Shown here: piece by piece, positions 25,088-37,576 of the stretch
Numbering within the stretch: position 1 is the stretch's first letter
How the letters are laid out: every line of letters starts with the position of its first letter
Source of the DNA: Eledone cirrhosa
Lineage: Eukaryota
NCBI GenBank assembly: GCA_964016885.1
Contig: OZ024743.1
Span: 160,394,001 to 160,458,000 of the forward strand
Direction: 5' to 3'
DNA: 64,000 nucleotides
Position numbers and translations under genes: made by a program
The notes under the pieces: model-generated
What the model was told of the DNA's origin: nothing
Seen by the model: only the letters and a program-made list of their open reading frames with translations
The model's database searches: none

Positions 25088-25414
25088 TACAATCTGGCAG
25101 GAAGGTATACGTTGCTGACGATAGCTAACAAGCTTGAAACTAGTACAGCGTTCCTTTGTCAGTGTTGAACAAACGAGCAACGGTGGTTGCTAGACACTAC
25201 GGCTTAATACGGGATGTTTGTTTACAAACACACCGAGCATTATAATAAATGTTCGGTGAATCCATACGTGCATATATATATGTGTGCATGTATGTATATA
25301 TATATATACATACTACTGTACGTCGGTATACATATATGTATGTACGTGTACATACTTATATTTAAGTAACAGCCGTACTAAGAGTGGGAAATGAAATATC
25401 GTTTCATTTTTTCC
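25088..25414 (+). mobile_element. Hammerhead-bearing non-coding family A copy (HHR 25109-25151)
   Basis: ACGTTG CTGACGA TAGCT aaca AGCTT GAAA CTAG TA CAGCGT. Stem I extends via CTGGCAGGAA/TTCCTTTGTCAG. Flanked by (TA)n. Confidence 0.88.
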
Positions 25415-25427
25415 TTATATATTTATA

Positions 25428-25472
<45 letters not shown>

Positions 25473-25475
<3 letters not shown>

Positions 25476-27150
25476 AGGAAGTTATAGTTCACTTGAAGCA
25501 TTGTGTAATGAGGTATAAATGTTTGTATATGTATAATAAAGCGAAAACAATGCAGGTATGGACATAGAATAAAGAATGCAAATGCAAAAGATATTGTTGA
25601 CAATTAGTCTTTTACCTTAGATTTATTTAAGTGTCCTTAATTTTCGAGATAATATCTCTTCTTCGGAGGGAAGTAAAGTGGTTAAACCAGTGTTCTAAAT
25701 AGCTTGCCAAGTCATGCTGACAGGAAATGGTATAGAGTATCTGTTCTATCTCTAATGTCAAAGAGTTAAGGTAAGGTTAGCAGTCTCCCTTGAAAAGGGT
25801 ATTTTGTGTACACGCCTGTTTAAGTGTGTGGGAGAACGTGTGAGGTGTAAGTATGTGTATCTTTGTGTGTGTGTGAGTGTGAGAAGATATATCTATACGT
25901 AAATGTGGGGGATAGATGTTATCTCGCGTTAGAACTGGTCTTTGTGTGTGTAATGTGTGTGTGTGAGAGAGCATAAGTGGAGGTGTAAGCGTGCGTGTGT
26001 GTGGGAGGGGGAGTGTAAATATCTGGCTAGATGCTATATCAAGTTATAAATTGGGTGTTGAGTTCTAGTCTATTATTGATTGGTGGTAATGTTTTGTCTA
26101 TAATTAGAGCTTCCTTAATTCTAAGATTGCCGAGGTTTCATTCCTTAGTTTCTATCCTAACTGTTATGGTTTTGTCGGTGTTTTTGCATTTAACTAGGTG
26201 TTTCTTAAATGAGGAAGCGTTAGTATTGAGGTGTTCTTTTATTCTTATGTGGAATGGTCTGGTGGTGCTACCTACGTAGAAGTTGCTGCATTTGTCGCAC
26301 TCTAGTCTGTATACGAAGTAAGCCTGATGGCATAGGTCTGTGTCGTTGATGGGACAGTTGGCTAGCCTGCAGCGGTTGTCATGTATGGTGGAGTGTCTTT
26401 TGGTTAGCTGTCCGCGTAGAGAAGGACCTGAGTGGGCCAGTTGGTTATCTAGTCCCTCTCGTCTGATAGCTCTGCGGATGGCTGTTGTTGTTTCGTCACT
26501 GAAGTATGGGAGCTTCAGGAAGCAAGTGTTAGTGCCTCGGGTGTGGTGTCCTCTTTCTGGCACGGTTTGTGGTGTACGTCGTGTATCCGTTCAGTTTGAG
26601 TACTTCCAGGAAATGTGTGGTGTGTGTGTCTCGGTCTCTAGCGTCGGTGCATTTGTCTGAATACGTGTTACTTCGTTCCTTATGTATCCGAACTTAGCGC
26701 TGGCTGGGAGGGCTGTTCTGAAATGTACGAACAGGTCCCTGCTGGCGGCTTTTTTATAGAAGCAAGTGTGGATGTTGCCTTCCTCTGTTGGAGTCCAGTA
26801 GGGATAGGGATCCGCGGTCATCGGGGTGTTCCATGCTGAACTTTATACTGGCGTCCATGCTGGAGAATATTTTGTATATTTTATCCGCCTCCTCACGGGA
26901 TGATGTAAGGATGAGTATGTCATCTACATATCGGATAAAGAAGGTATAGGAATGGCAGGTGTTGAGGGCTCGGCATTCTAGCTGGTTCATATAGGTGATG
27001 GCCAGCAGGCCCGATAGGCTGGATCCCATGGGTAATCCTGTTGTCTGTTTGTATGTGTGGTGGTGGAAGGTGAAGTACTTGTTGTCCACTGTGAAGGACA
27101 AAAGCTGGTGTATGTCCGTGGGAAGGAGGCCGTAGCAGTGGATTTCCTCT
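25473..27150 (-). mobile_element. Penelope-like element, 5'-truncated RT + GIY-YIG with 3' UTR and decayed HHR (~25635-25670)
   Basis: YFTFHHHTYKQTTGLPMGSSLS, RYVDDIL, IKFSMEHP, LKLPYFSD, VYRLECDKCSNFYVGSTTRPFHIRIKEH. The 3' UTR has CCGAAGA-GAGAT/ATCTC-GAAAATTA. The terminal ~115 bp is repeated at 24284-24398. Confidence 0.9.
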
Positions 27151-27738
27151 GAGTAGCCCAATTTGCATATCGAGTGGGTTAATCGGCCGGGTGCACCGAA
27201 ATCGATAAATATAAGTATGTATACGTACCTACATATATGTATACAGACGTACAGTAGTATGTATATATATATATATACATACTTGCACACACATATATAT
27301 GTACGTATGGATTCAGCTGTACTAACAGCCGTACTAAGAGTGGGAAATGAAATTTCGTTTCATTTTTTCCGTTTATCGTTTTCCATGCACTCGGCCGATT
27401 AACCCACTCGATATGCAAATTGAGCTACTCAGCCGTTAATATGCATAAGGAAAGTATATACTTTCGGACGTTCAACTATCTGGCAGGAAGGTATACGTTG
27501 CTGACGATAGCTTACAAGCTTGAAACTAGTACAGCGTTCCTTTGTCCGTGTTGAACAAACGAGCAACGGTGGTTTCTAGACACTACGGCTTAATACGGGA
27601 TGTTTGTTTACAAATACACCGAGCATTATAATAAATGTTTGGTGAATCCATACGTACATATATATGTGTGTCCATGTATGTATATATATATACATACTAC
27701 TGTACGTCTGTATACATATATCTATGTACGTATACATA

Positions 27739-27742
<4 letters not shown>
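27151..27742 (+). mobile_element. Family A, ~1.3 tandem units with inverted 5' cap (27151-27210 vs 27372-27430); HHR 27495-27537
   Basis: Same hammerhead as 25109. GAGTAGCCCAATTTGCATATCGAGTGGGTTAATCGGCCG is present in both orientations. Confidence 0.88.
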
Positions 27743-27807
<65 letters not shown>

Positions 27808-27811
27808 AATA

Positions 27812-28240
27812 GTATTTCGCTTCAAGCATAGCTTTATACAATTTGTATAAATATTTCGTATCTCCAAAGAAATACGGTTTTAGAAAGCCGTAGCTATGCA
27901 AACACCGGGGGGCTAACACCCTCTGGTGATGTCCAGCAGACGCAAGTAGGACAACCGTCTATGCATTTCAGGGTTAACTGGCCATCGTTAGGACGGTTCC
28001 TACCACCGCAGCTATGCTTGAAGCGAAATTGTCTTTCTTTTTTATTATAAGTTGAACCAACCTATGCAGCTTCATATGCAAATGAGATTAATCACCTCAT
28101 TTACACATAGGAGAAAACTATATATTCTCACCTGTCTTCTAGTCCAGCAGTTGCAAGCGGTGGGAGGGACTGTGCTGACGATGGCCAGTTAAGCCTGAAA
28201 TGCATAGACGGTTGTCCCCCTTGCTTCTGCTGGGCAACAC
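27812..28240. mobile_element. Rearranged non-coding element (family D) with an inverted pair of hammerheads (27953-27998 minus, 28168-28213 plus)
   Basis: Plus copy reads GACTGTG CTGACGA TGGC cagttaa GCCT GAAA TGCA TA GACGGTT. The minus copy has core CTAACGA and perfect stem I AACCGTC/GACGGTT. Confidence 0.8.
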
Positions 28241-28359
28241 CATATATATATATATAAATATATATAAACATATATATATATATATATATATGTAGCTCAA
28301 TTTGCATATCGAGTGGGTTAATCGGCCGAGTGCACCGAAACGATATGTAAATATATATA

Positions 28360-28426
<67 letters not shown>

Positions 28427-28584
28427 AAATATATGTAAATATATATACATATAAATATATATAAATATATGTATACAACATATATATATATTTATATATT
28501 TTAAAAAATTTAACGCACTGCACTAACATGAAAAACATTATATCACAACCTCTAATCGGATTACCTTTAACGATATCTTGTTAT

Positions 28585-28586
<2 letters not shown>

Positions 28587-28654
<68 letters not shown>

Positions 28655-28667
28655 TTATATATATATT

Positions 28668-28699
<32 letters not shown>

Positions 28700-28786
28700 T
28701 TATATATATATTTATATATATATATATTATATATATTTATATATATATTTATATATATATATATATATTATATATATTTATATATA

Positions 28787-28857
<71 letters not shown>

Positions 28858-28890
28858 TTATATATATATATATATTTATATATACTTATA
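28587..28890. repeat. (TA)n / TATT compound microsatellite
   Basis: Direct reading. Confidence 0.95.
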
Positions 28891-29479
28891 GGAATAACCA
28901 AATAATGCTTAGATATACATTGTTTTATTAGCTAACAGTGTGTCATCCATACCCCATGGCAGGAATCATCAGAGCCTATAAACAAGAGTATATCAATAGT
29001 TGCATGCTCCATCGAGCTGCGTCACAAGAATAAGGTTAAAGGACCAACAGGGGGCTCCCGAAGCCAGCGCTATATGGAAAAAGACAGAATACATGATGCA
29101 CATAATGTCATAAATGTCTTTAAAAATGACACCAAAAATGTATCACGTAAATGGTGCAATAGATGATAAAGTGGTTGGGAGAGGGTATCAAGGGATGAGT
29201 GAAGGTATTACTCAGCATGATCAGAAACAATAAAATAAAATAAATAAATAAATAAAATAAAAAATTACAAAATTATAGGGATAACAAAAGAGATAAATAT
29301 AAAAATACAAAACAATAAAGGAACAAAAATCCCGAAATCGTCTAAAATATAAAACAAAGCAAAGCATAGATACCACAAAGAACAAGCAGTGCAAAAACAG
29401 GGTGTACAGGCAGATTAAAAGTGTTTGCAAGCATGAGTCTGTGAGAAGAACAGTTGGTTAGCGGTGGTGCAGCCTTACA

Positions 29480-29900
29480 GTTATGATAGTCCATATGAGG
29501 GATGGTGTACTCCAATTATATCGCCTTGTAACAGGTCGAATCTCCTTATCATATCCGCACCCTACGAACCACATCGATTTGTTCCAAGACCGAACGTTAA
29601 GTGAGATAACACTATTTTTCCAAAACCTATACCCAGGGGATTTACCAGCATAGGCGGTCTGGGATATACACCTAAAATCTAAAATAAAAAATAAAAGAAA
29701 GTACGACGAGTTAAAGAAATGTATGGTACAGCTGGCACACATGTGAGGAAATTGAAAACACGCCAGGTCCACAATAACTGGCATTCCCGAAAGGCTTCAC
29801 GTTCGGTCGCTCAACCCAACGTCCCGGGTGAAATTTACTGTATGTCCAAGTCGGCGTCCAAACAATGTGTCGTACCGTATACAACTATACCACAGTAAAT
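29480..29900 (-). pseudogene. Highly decayed RT C-terminal remnant, possibly a Naiad-type PLE
   Basis: Fragments [26 protein letters not shown] and GYDKE follow the order of the LDLDI-DKRDDF-FPH-YISQLxRYA-GY thumb region. Multiple stops and frameshifts. Confidence 0.4.
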
Positions 29901-29943
29901 ACAAATCGGGATGGCTATCCCGATTAATATATATATATATTTA

Positions 29944-30018
<75 letters not shown>

Positions 30019-30037
30019 TTATATATATATATATATT

Positions 30038-30072
<35 letters not shown>

Positions 30073-30076
<4 letters not shown>

Positions 30077-30301
30077 ATAATAATAAATTTGAAGACTAAA
30101 ATCCAAAGAGGGCTGGATAAAGATGAATATATATCAAATATATAAGAACCGTAGAGCAAATATTTATTAAAATAACAGATTAAAGTTTAAGCAAAGAATC
30201 GCTGATTTCACCTTAACGGGATCCTTTTAGTTTCAGAAGATCCCGTTAAGTGTAAAACCAGCGATTCTTTGCTTAAACTTTAATCTGTTATTTTAATAAA
30301 T
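30073..30301. mobile_element. Family B terminal fragment folded back at the hammerhead
   Basis: 30161-30222 is inverted at 30238-30301 and contains CAGAAGATCCCGTTAAG. Confidence 0.85.
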
Positions 30302-30311
30302 ATATATATAA

Positions 30312-30367
<56 letters not shown>

Positions 30368-30420
30368 GTAGCAACCATATATATGTCTAGCAACCATATA
30401 TATATATATATATATATATA

Positions 30421-31016
30421 TGGTTGCTAGACACTACGGCTTAATGCGGGATGTTTGTTTACAAACACACCGAGCATTATAATAAATGTTCGGTGAATCC
30501 ATACGTACATATATATGTGTGCATGTATGTATATATATATACACACTACTGTACGGCTGTATACATATATGTATGTACGTGTACATACTTATATTTAAGT
30601 AACAGCCGTACTAAGAGTGGGAAATGAAATTTCGTTTCATTTTTTATGTTTATCGTTTTCGGTGCACCCAGCCGATTAACCCACTCGATATGCAAATTGG
30701 GCTACTCAGCCGTTAATATGCATAAGGTAAGTATATATGTTCAACAATCTGGCAGGAATGTATACGTTGCTGACGATAGCTAATTACCTTGAAACTAGTA
30801 CAGCGTTCTTTTGTCAGTGTTGAACAAACGAGCAACGATGGTTGCTAGACACTACGGCTTAATACGGGATGTTTGTTTACAAACACACCGAGCATTATAA
30901 TAAATGTTCGGTGAATCCATACGTACATATATATATGTGTTTATGTATGTATATATATATACATACTACTGTACGTCTGTATACATATATGTATGTACGT
31001 GCACATACTTATATTT
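30421..31016 (+). mobile_element. Family A, ~1.4 tandem units, period 418 nt; HHR 30764-30806
   Basis: TGGTTGCTAGACACTACGGCTTAA occurs at 30421 and 30839. Short inverted TAGCAACCA caps lie just upstream. Confidence 0.88.
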
Positions 31017-31028
31017 ATATATATATAT

Positions 31029-31535
31029 ATTGTTATACTTTGGGAGGGTGATGTTGCAAATAAGAAACACACGCACCAGTTCCTATCACTCCAATTTACT
31101 ATAAATTAAAAATTTTAAAAGGAAAAAATATATATATATATAAATTTCCGGTTAAATAAAAAAAAAAAAGAAATTAAAAAATTATAAATTTATAAATTAA
31201 TAAATTTCCGGTTACAAAAACACACACAGACACCCGGATGTAACACATGCGCAAACTAGCCCACAACACACACAAAAACAAGAGGATGTAGGACAGAACA
31301 AAGGAGAGGCACATAACAAAGAAAAGAATCCCCAGTCACTGAAGATGTCACAGAATGTGTGACGAAAGAACTTTGACAATATATGAAAAACCGTCCGGTT
31401 GTGGAACCAACCATCCAACCGGAAATTTATAATTTTTATTTTTCCCTTTAATTTTTTAATTTATGATAAATTGGAGTGAAAGCACTGGTGCGTGTGTTTC
31501 TTATTGGCAACATGATCCCCCATAGTATAACAATA
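31029..31535 (+). mobile_element. PLE 3'-end family E with inverted 5' arm; HHR 31335-31377
   Basis: GTCA CTGAAGA T GTCACA gaatg TGTGAC GAAA GAAC TT TGAC. 31029-31115 is inverted at 31450-31535. Confidence 0.85.
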
Positions 31536-31592
31536 TCGGTTTCAACACACGTTTTCAGATAAAGAATCTTGCTAAACAAATTCAGAAACGAA

Positions 31593-31623
<31 letters not shown>

Positions 31624-31755
31624 TATATATACAAAATTAAGATAAATCAAAATGAATTTAATCTAAATCAAATTATAGGTGTCATGCCAGAAAGACATGC
31701 ACCATATCACCCGTAAAATAAGCTCTAAGATTCTAATGAATAGCTCCGAGCATTT

Positions 31756-32190
31756 TATAACAACTAGAAATTGATTAACATATAAATAAACATATGAAAC
31801 AATCACAGGGGATAATTTGTACAAGTGTGTAAGCACACATAGCTAGGTAGTTAACTAAATAAAGTTAACTAGAACTTCAAAAATAGATACCTTATAACAT
31901 GATTAATCTTCCTTGTATATATTCCATTAAAGAAATATATTTCACCAATTAATTGATTGGTAAACGACAGTATTTGGATTCTCAACAATTCGATTAATTG
32001 GTGAAATATATTTCTTTAATGGAATATATACAAGGAAGATTAATCATCTTATAAGGTATCTATTTTTGAAGTTCTAGTTAACTTTATTTAGTTACCTACC
32101 TAGCTATGTGTGCTTACACACTTGTACAAATTATCCCCTGTGATTGTTTCATATGTTTATTTATATGTTAATCAATTTCTAGTTGTTATA
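31756..32190. repeat. Inverted repeat with ~198-bp near-identical arms and ~40-bp spacer
   Basis: 31756-31954 is the reverse complement of 31993-32190. A diverged single arm occurs at 14860-15000. Confidence 0.92.
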
Positions 32191-32212
32191 TATACATATA
32201 TATATATATATA

Positions 32213-32886
32213 CTAGCAGCAGTACCCAGCGTTGCCTGGGTAGGTAATATGATATCTGCTTTGATAAAAAAGTGTTGATCTTAGCGACTGCTTCTTGATG
32301 ACTCATCTATGGCCGCACACAGGCCTTGCGGGGGAGGGTGGTGATAACCTCTATCACTGAGAAACGCGGGTGACTGACGACGGAGCCTTCTGGAGGAGTG
32401 AGGTAATGACTTTTAACACTAAGCCAAATTTCCTCACGCTACTTGATTGGAAACCGATGAATTCTCAAATACACAACTAAAAGCTCAGACGACGTCAGTG
32501 GCCACCGTTTTGCCTTTGACCATCTATAAGATGTGCAATGATAGGTTCTATCGTAGTATAAAAGTTGAACCAAATAAATTGATTTATGTGTGAGGTGAAG
32601 CCGAAGTTTCGAATTTGAACGAAATCAGTGGCAAAATGTAGGAGCTAGAGCCAAAAATCTTAATTTTCGATACCAAAAAAAAGGTGACCCCACCCCTCCC
32701 TATCGATTTTTATCTGCAGAATGACCCGGGAATAAAAAAAACGATACGCTGATATATAGAAAACACTCCCCGATGACTAATCTATGAGCCTGTAAAGTTT
32801 TATGAAAATCGGTCGTAAGATGTAGGCCCCTATAGCTAATATACAGACACACAGACACTCACACACATACTTAATTTTATATATAT
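32213..32886 (-). mobile_element. Non-autonomous Helitron-family element (DINE-1/Lep1-like architecture)
   Basis: CTAG with adjacent hairpin ACCCAGCGTTGCCTGGGT at one end. AAAGTTTTATGAAAATCGGTC, an ACAG/AC microsatellite and TTTTATATATA at the other. Confidence 0.7.
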
Positions 32887-32902
32887 ACCTATATATATAT
32901 AT

Positions 32903-34218
<1,316 letters not shown>

Positions 34219-35649
34219 ATACAATAACAGAGATAGTTTAAAGCTAAACTCTGACTGGTAACCATCTCACTCAACAAACATTAGGTTATATTAAAATATA
34301 AACCCAATTTAAGTGTTTGGGGTGCTAACAATATGTATAATGTGGAAAAACCAGTTGTATTATTTTATGAGATATAATTAAAGTTAAAGTATATCTCTCT
34401 TTCCAAACAATTGTTTCATTATAAGTTTGGGAGAATGTTTCCAGTTTATGTAGAAGCCTAATATATATTCATGTAAGAATATATTTAGGTGGGCACTTAT
34501 AAATCGTCAGTGGAAGCCCATTAAACATTGATATAAGAAAACAATTTCTTACCGCTGTCAAAAATCATGTCCGTAAAGTTGGTCTCCCTCACCACGAATG
34601 ACCGCTAAATTTGAAATTCCAGCAGTTTTTGACTGAGGAAGTATCATAGCGACACGAAGCGGGAAGGGGAGACAACCCACGAAATGAGGAAAAAAATAAT
34701 AATATACACGCAGGTTAATTAGTTTTTTTGAAAACATTATCAATCCAACGTGTTTAAGAACTCAATTGAAAATAAAAAAATAAATATATGCTTGTATAAA
34801 TTACACACGCATATAGATATTTTCTTAGGCTAAATCAGAAGTTGTACCCGAATAAGAACCGCTTCTCATAACCGCAGTAAATGCAGAAAGTTATGCTATA
34901 AAGGGCAAATGGGAATATAATTCTCCGGCCGAATTATTAAGAGTAAAATATAAAACACACGCGGGTTAAATAGTTATTTCAAAACCAATATTAATTCCTC
35001 GTGTAAAGAACTCAATTAATAAAAGAAAATAAATACATATATGGATGTAATTATATACGTAGGCATATATATATATTTTCCTAGGCTAAAAAACAGAGAA
35101 GTTACAACCAAAAAAAAATATATATATATATAAATATTACAACCAAAAAGTATTACAACCAAAAATATATATATATATATATATATTAGAAAGATCGAGT
35201 ATCGAAAAATCGGCGCACGAGTTCACGATAAACAATATTCGAAATGAGCGGCAGAGGGCTCAATAATTCAGATGAATCAGAGCTATAACTATCGTTAAAA
35301 TACCGTCACACATAGAACAAGTCTAAAATCAACCATACGATAAAAAATCGATAATAGAAGATTCGGGACAAACAGATAAAAAATATCAATAAAACAATAC
35401 ATCAATAATTTAAATGAATGTAAAATCATACCCGGACCCACTAGAAAGGTGTTAAATCTAGCTTCTTGGGTTTCTGTAAATCCTTAGATATATATATATA
35501 TAAATATTAAGTTGTTAAACAATATTTGATGACTATGTCAAAGAATGAGTTCTACAGTAGAATGGAAGCACTCAACGGGTATTAATTTTCAGGAGTTATT
35601 AATATTAAAATATAAGTATTAATATCACTACCTCAGGGTATGTCATGTA

Positions 35650-35711
35650 TCATTATATTTTGTCTGATGAGGAAGTACTGTTGTACATCCGAAATATGTA
35701 TAATAAAATGA
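35650..35711 (+). ncRNA. Type I hammerhead motif
   Basis: CTGATGA (35664), stem II GGA-a-GTAC/GTAC-a-TCC, GAAA TATG TA, weak stem I TCATT/AATGA. Bracketed by a ~22-bp inverted repeat (35602-35624 vs 35736-35758). Confidence 0.65.
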
Positions 35712-35749
35712 AATTGATCAAAAGAACATCTATTTTATTAATACTTATA

Positions 35750-35845
<96 letters not shown>

Positions 35846-35879
35846 TAACATACAGCGGCATCTGCTTGGTGGTCAAAGT

Positions 35880-37345
35880 TAATAGCCCCCTCTCAGAACC
35901 GTTTCAGATCTCCAGATCGGTCCGTTAAGGGTGCCTTCTCTGCTTCCTCCTGTACGTATTGACTCTTGAGCCTTTATTGCGGAAACTGTTGCGGGGCAAC
36001 CCGCTCGAACCGGGACGCGGAAAGGCTGTGTCCGTTTAGGCGGACGACATCACCGTGATGGTGTCGGGAACCTCGGAAATTGTCGTGATCGGCACCTTAT
36101 TGGAGGAATATCAAAGGTTGACGGGAGCGAAACTTCACCAGGAAAAGTCGGCGGGCCTGCAGCACCTGGAGAGGCAGTTGTATTCCATCCAATAGCGTTG
36201 TTGGGCGCTGGATGGACGGGCTGGTATCAGGCGATCCATCTGCTGCCATTACTCTCTATGCGGAGGGCTAGGCATGCAGCGGCTAATCAAACGCAAACAT
36301 GGGCTGAGGCAGTGGCATCTCCAGATATACTGCCTACACAGTGAACAGGTGTGGTTACCGTTTGTCAGACGGGCCTTTTCGTAGCTCGTCTCTTTGACTG
36401 TGTCACAGTCCTGGGTCAAGAAAAGACTGAGACTGGTTGATTGGCATCTGGAATGTTGCCAGGCACTCACTGTTCTCTACCAGGAAGGCAATGTGATCAG
36501 TGGAACTTCCATTCTCGAGTTCTATTGAGGAGTAAAGTTGGGCAAGTGCCACGACGCACTCGGAGAGGCTCTGGGTGTCGACGAAGTCGAACTAGGCACT
36601 TTTTTTCGGGGGACTTTCGAGCCGGGGACGATGGATAACTTCCAGAAATCCTTTGCTTGGCAGTGTTACTGATGGACACTGCCGGTTCGTGATAAACTCT
36701 ACAGGCACGGAAGTGCTGTCAGACGGACCTGCCGAGATGTGCGCAAAGCGACGAAACCGTTCTGCACGCATTTATCCAGGGTCCGTGTATTACTGACATG
36801 TGGAGTTTCGTTGAACAGTTGTTGTCGCGTGTAGAACAGCAATTTTCCTGTCTGGCGGCAGTAGCGAAAGAGGTTGTATGGTGGACCAGGTTGAAAGGAC
36901 TGTAAACAGACACTTTTCTCTTCAGCCAATGCCTCGTTAACGTTTCCGAATTTTACTTGGAAAGGAAGGTGAGGGTGAAGAGCGAAGTGCTTCCCCCACC
37001 CCTACCCCCAGTATTTCTGCTAAGAGGTGGGTGAATGTAGCGAGAATGGTCCTTGTGAGTGGGACTACTATGATCATACGCCTGTAGGCTGGTGAATTTG
37101 AGGAAGAGAGGTGTGCCCTTTCCGGGTGTCCTCAAATCGTCGGATGGTTCAGGATTGGTGGGGTACCTGAGTCAACCCTGGGTGGTTCCCCCCCCTATTG
37201 AGGAACTTCTGTTGTTATTCATTTTCTTGTTTATTGTTATTGTTTTCATATTTATTTACTCGATTTTTGTGTAAAACACCCGCTGTCCCCGTCTATTATA
37301 TTGTCCCCTATATGTCGGCCTTTGTGGCCAATAAAGGAAATTACT
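35880..37345 (+). mobile_element. L1/Tx1-type LINE, 5'-truncated degenerate copy E
   Basis: Remnants of ADDITV, MDNFQKSFAWQCY and LPVRDKLYRHG..CPRCAQSDETVLH. 3' end GGCCTTTGTGGCCAATAAAGGAAA followed by (TTA)n. Confidence 0.88.
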
Positions 37346-37373
37346 ATTATTATCATTATTATTATTATTATAA

Positions 37374-37563
37374 GGGTGGTGGATTGGCAGTATCGGTAGA
37401 GGGTCGGACTCCATGCTTTCCAGCATAGTTACGTCTCTTTACGATCTGAGTTCAAGTCCCGCCGAGGTTAACTTTGCCTTTCATCCTTACGGGGTCGATA
37501 AAATAAAGTACCAGTAATGAACTGGGTAATTGCTGGCCTTGTGCCTAAAGTAGAAACAATTAT
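37374..37563 (+). mobile_element. tRNA-derived SINE directly after the (TTA)n tail of Tx1 copy E
   Basis: Full head, core and tail. Confidence 0.92.
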
Positions 37564-37576
37564 CATTATTATTATT

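Noticed and set aside
34690-35115. Diverged ~245-bp direct duplication (34700-34850 vs 34945-35110)
   Set aside because: The similarity is real, but no termini, ORF or RNA motif allow a classification.
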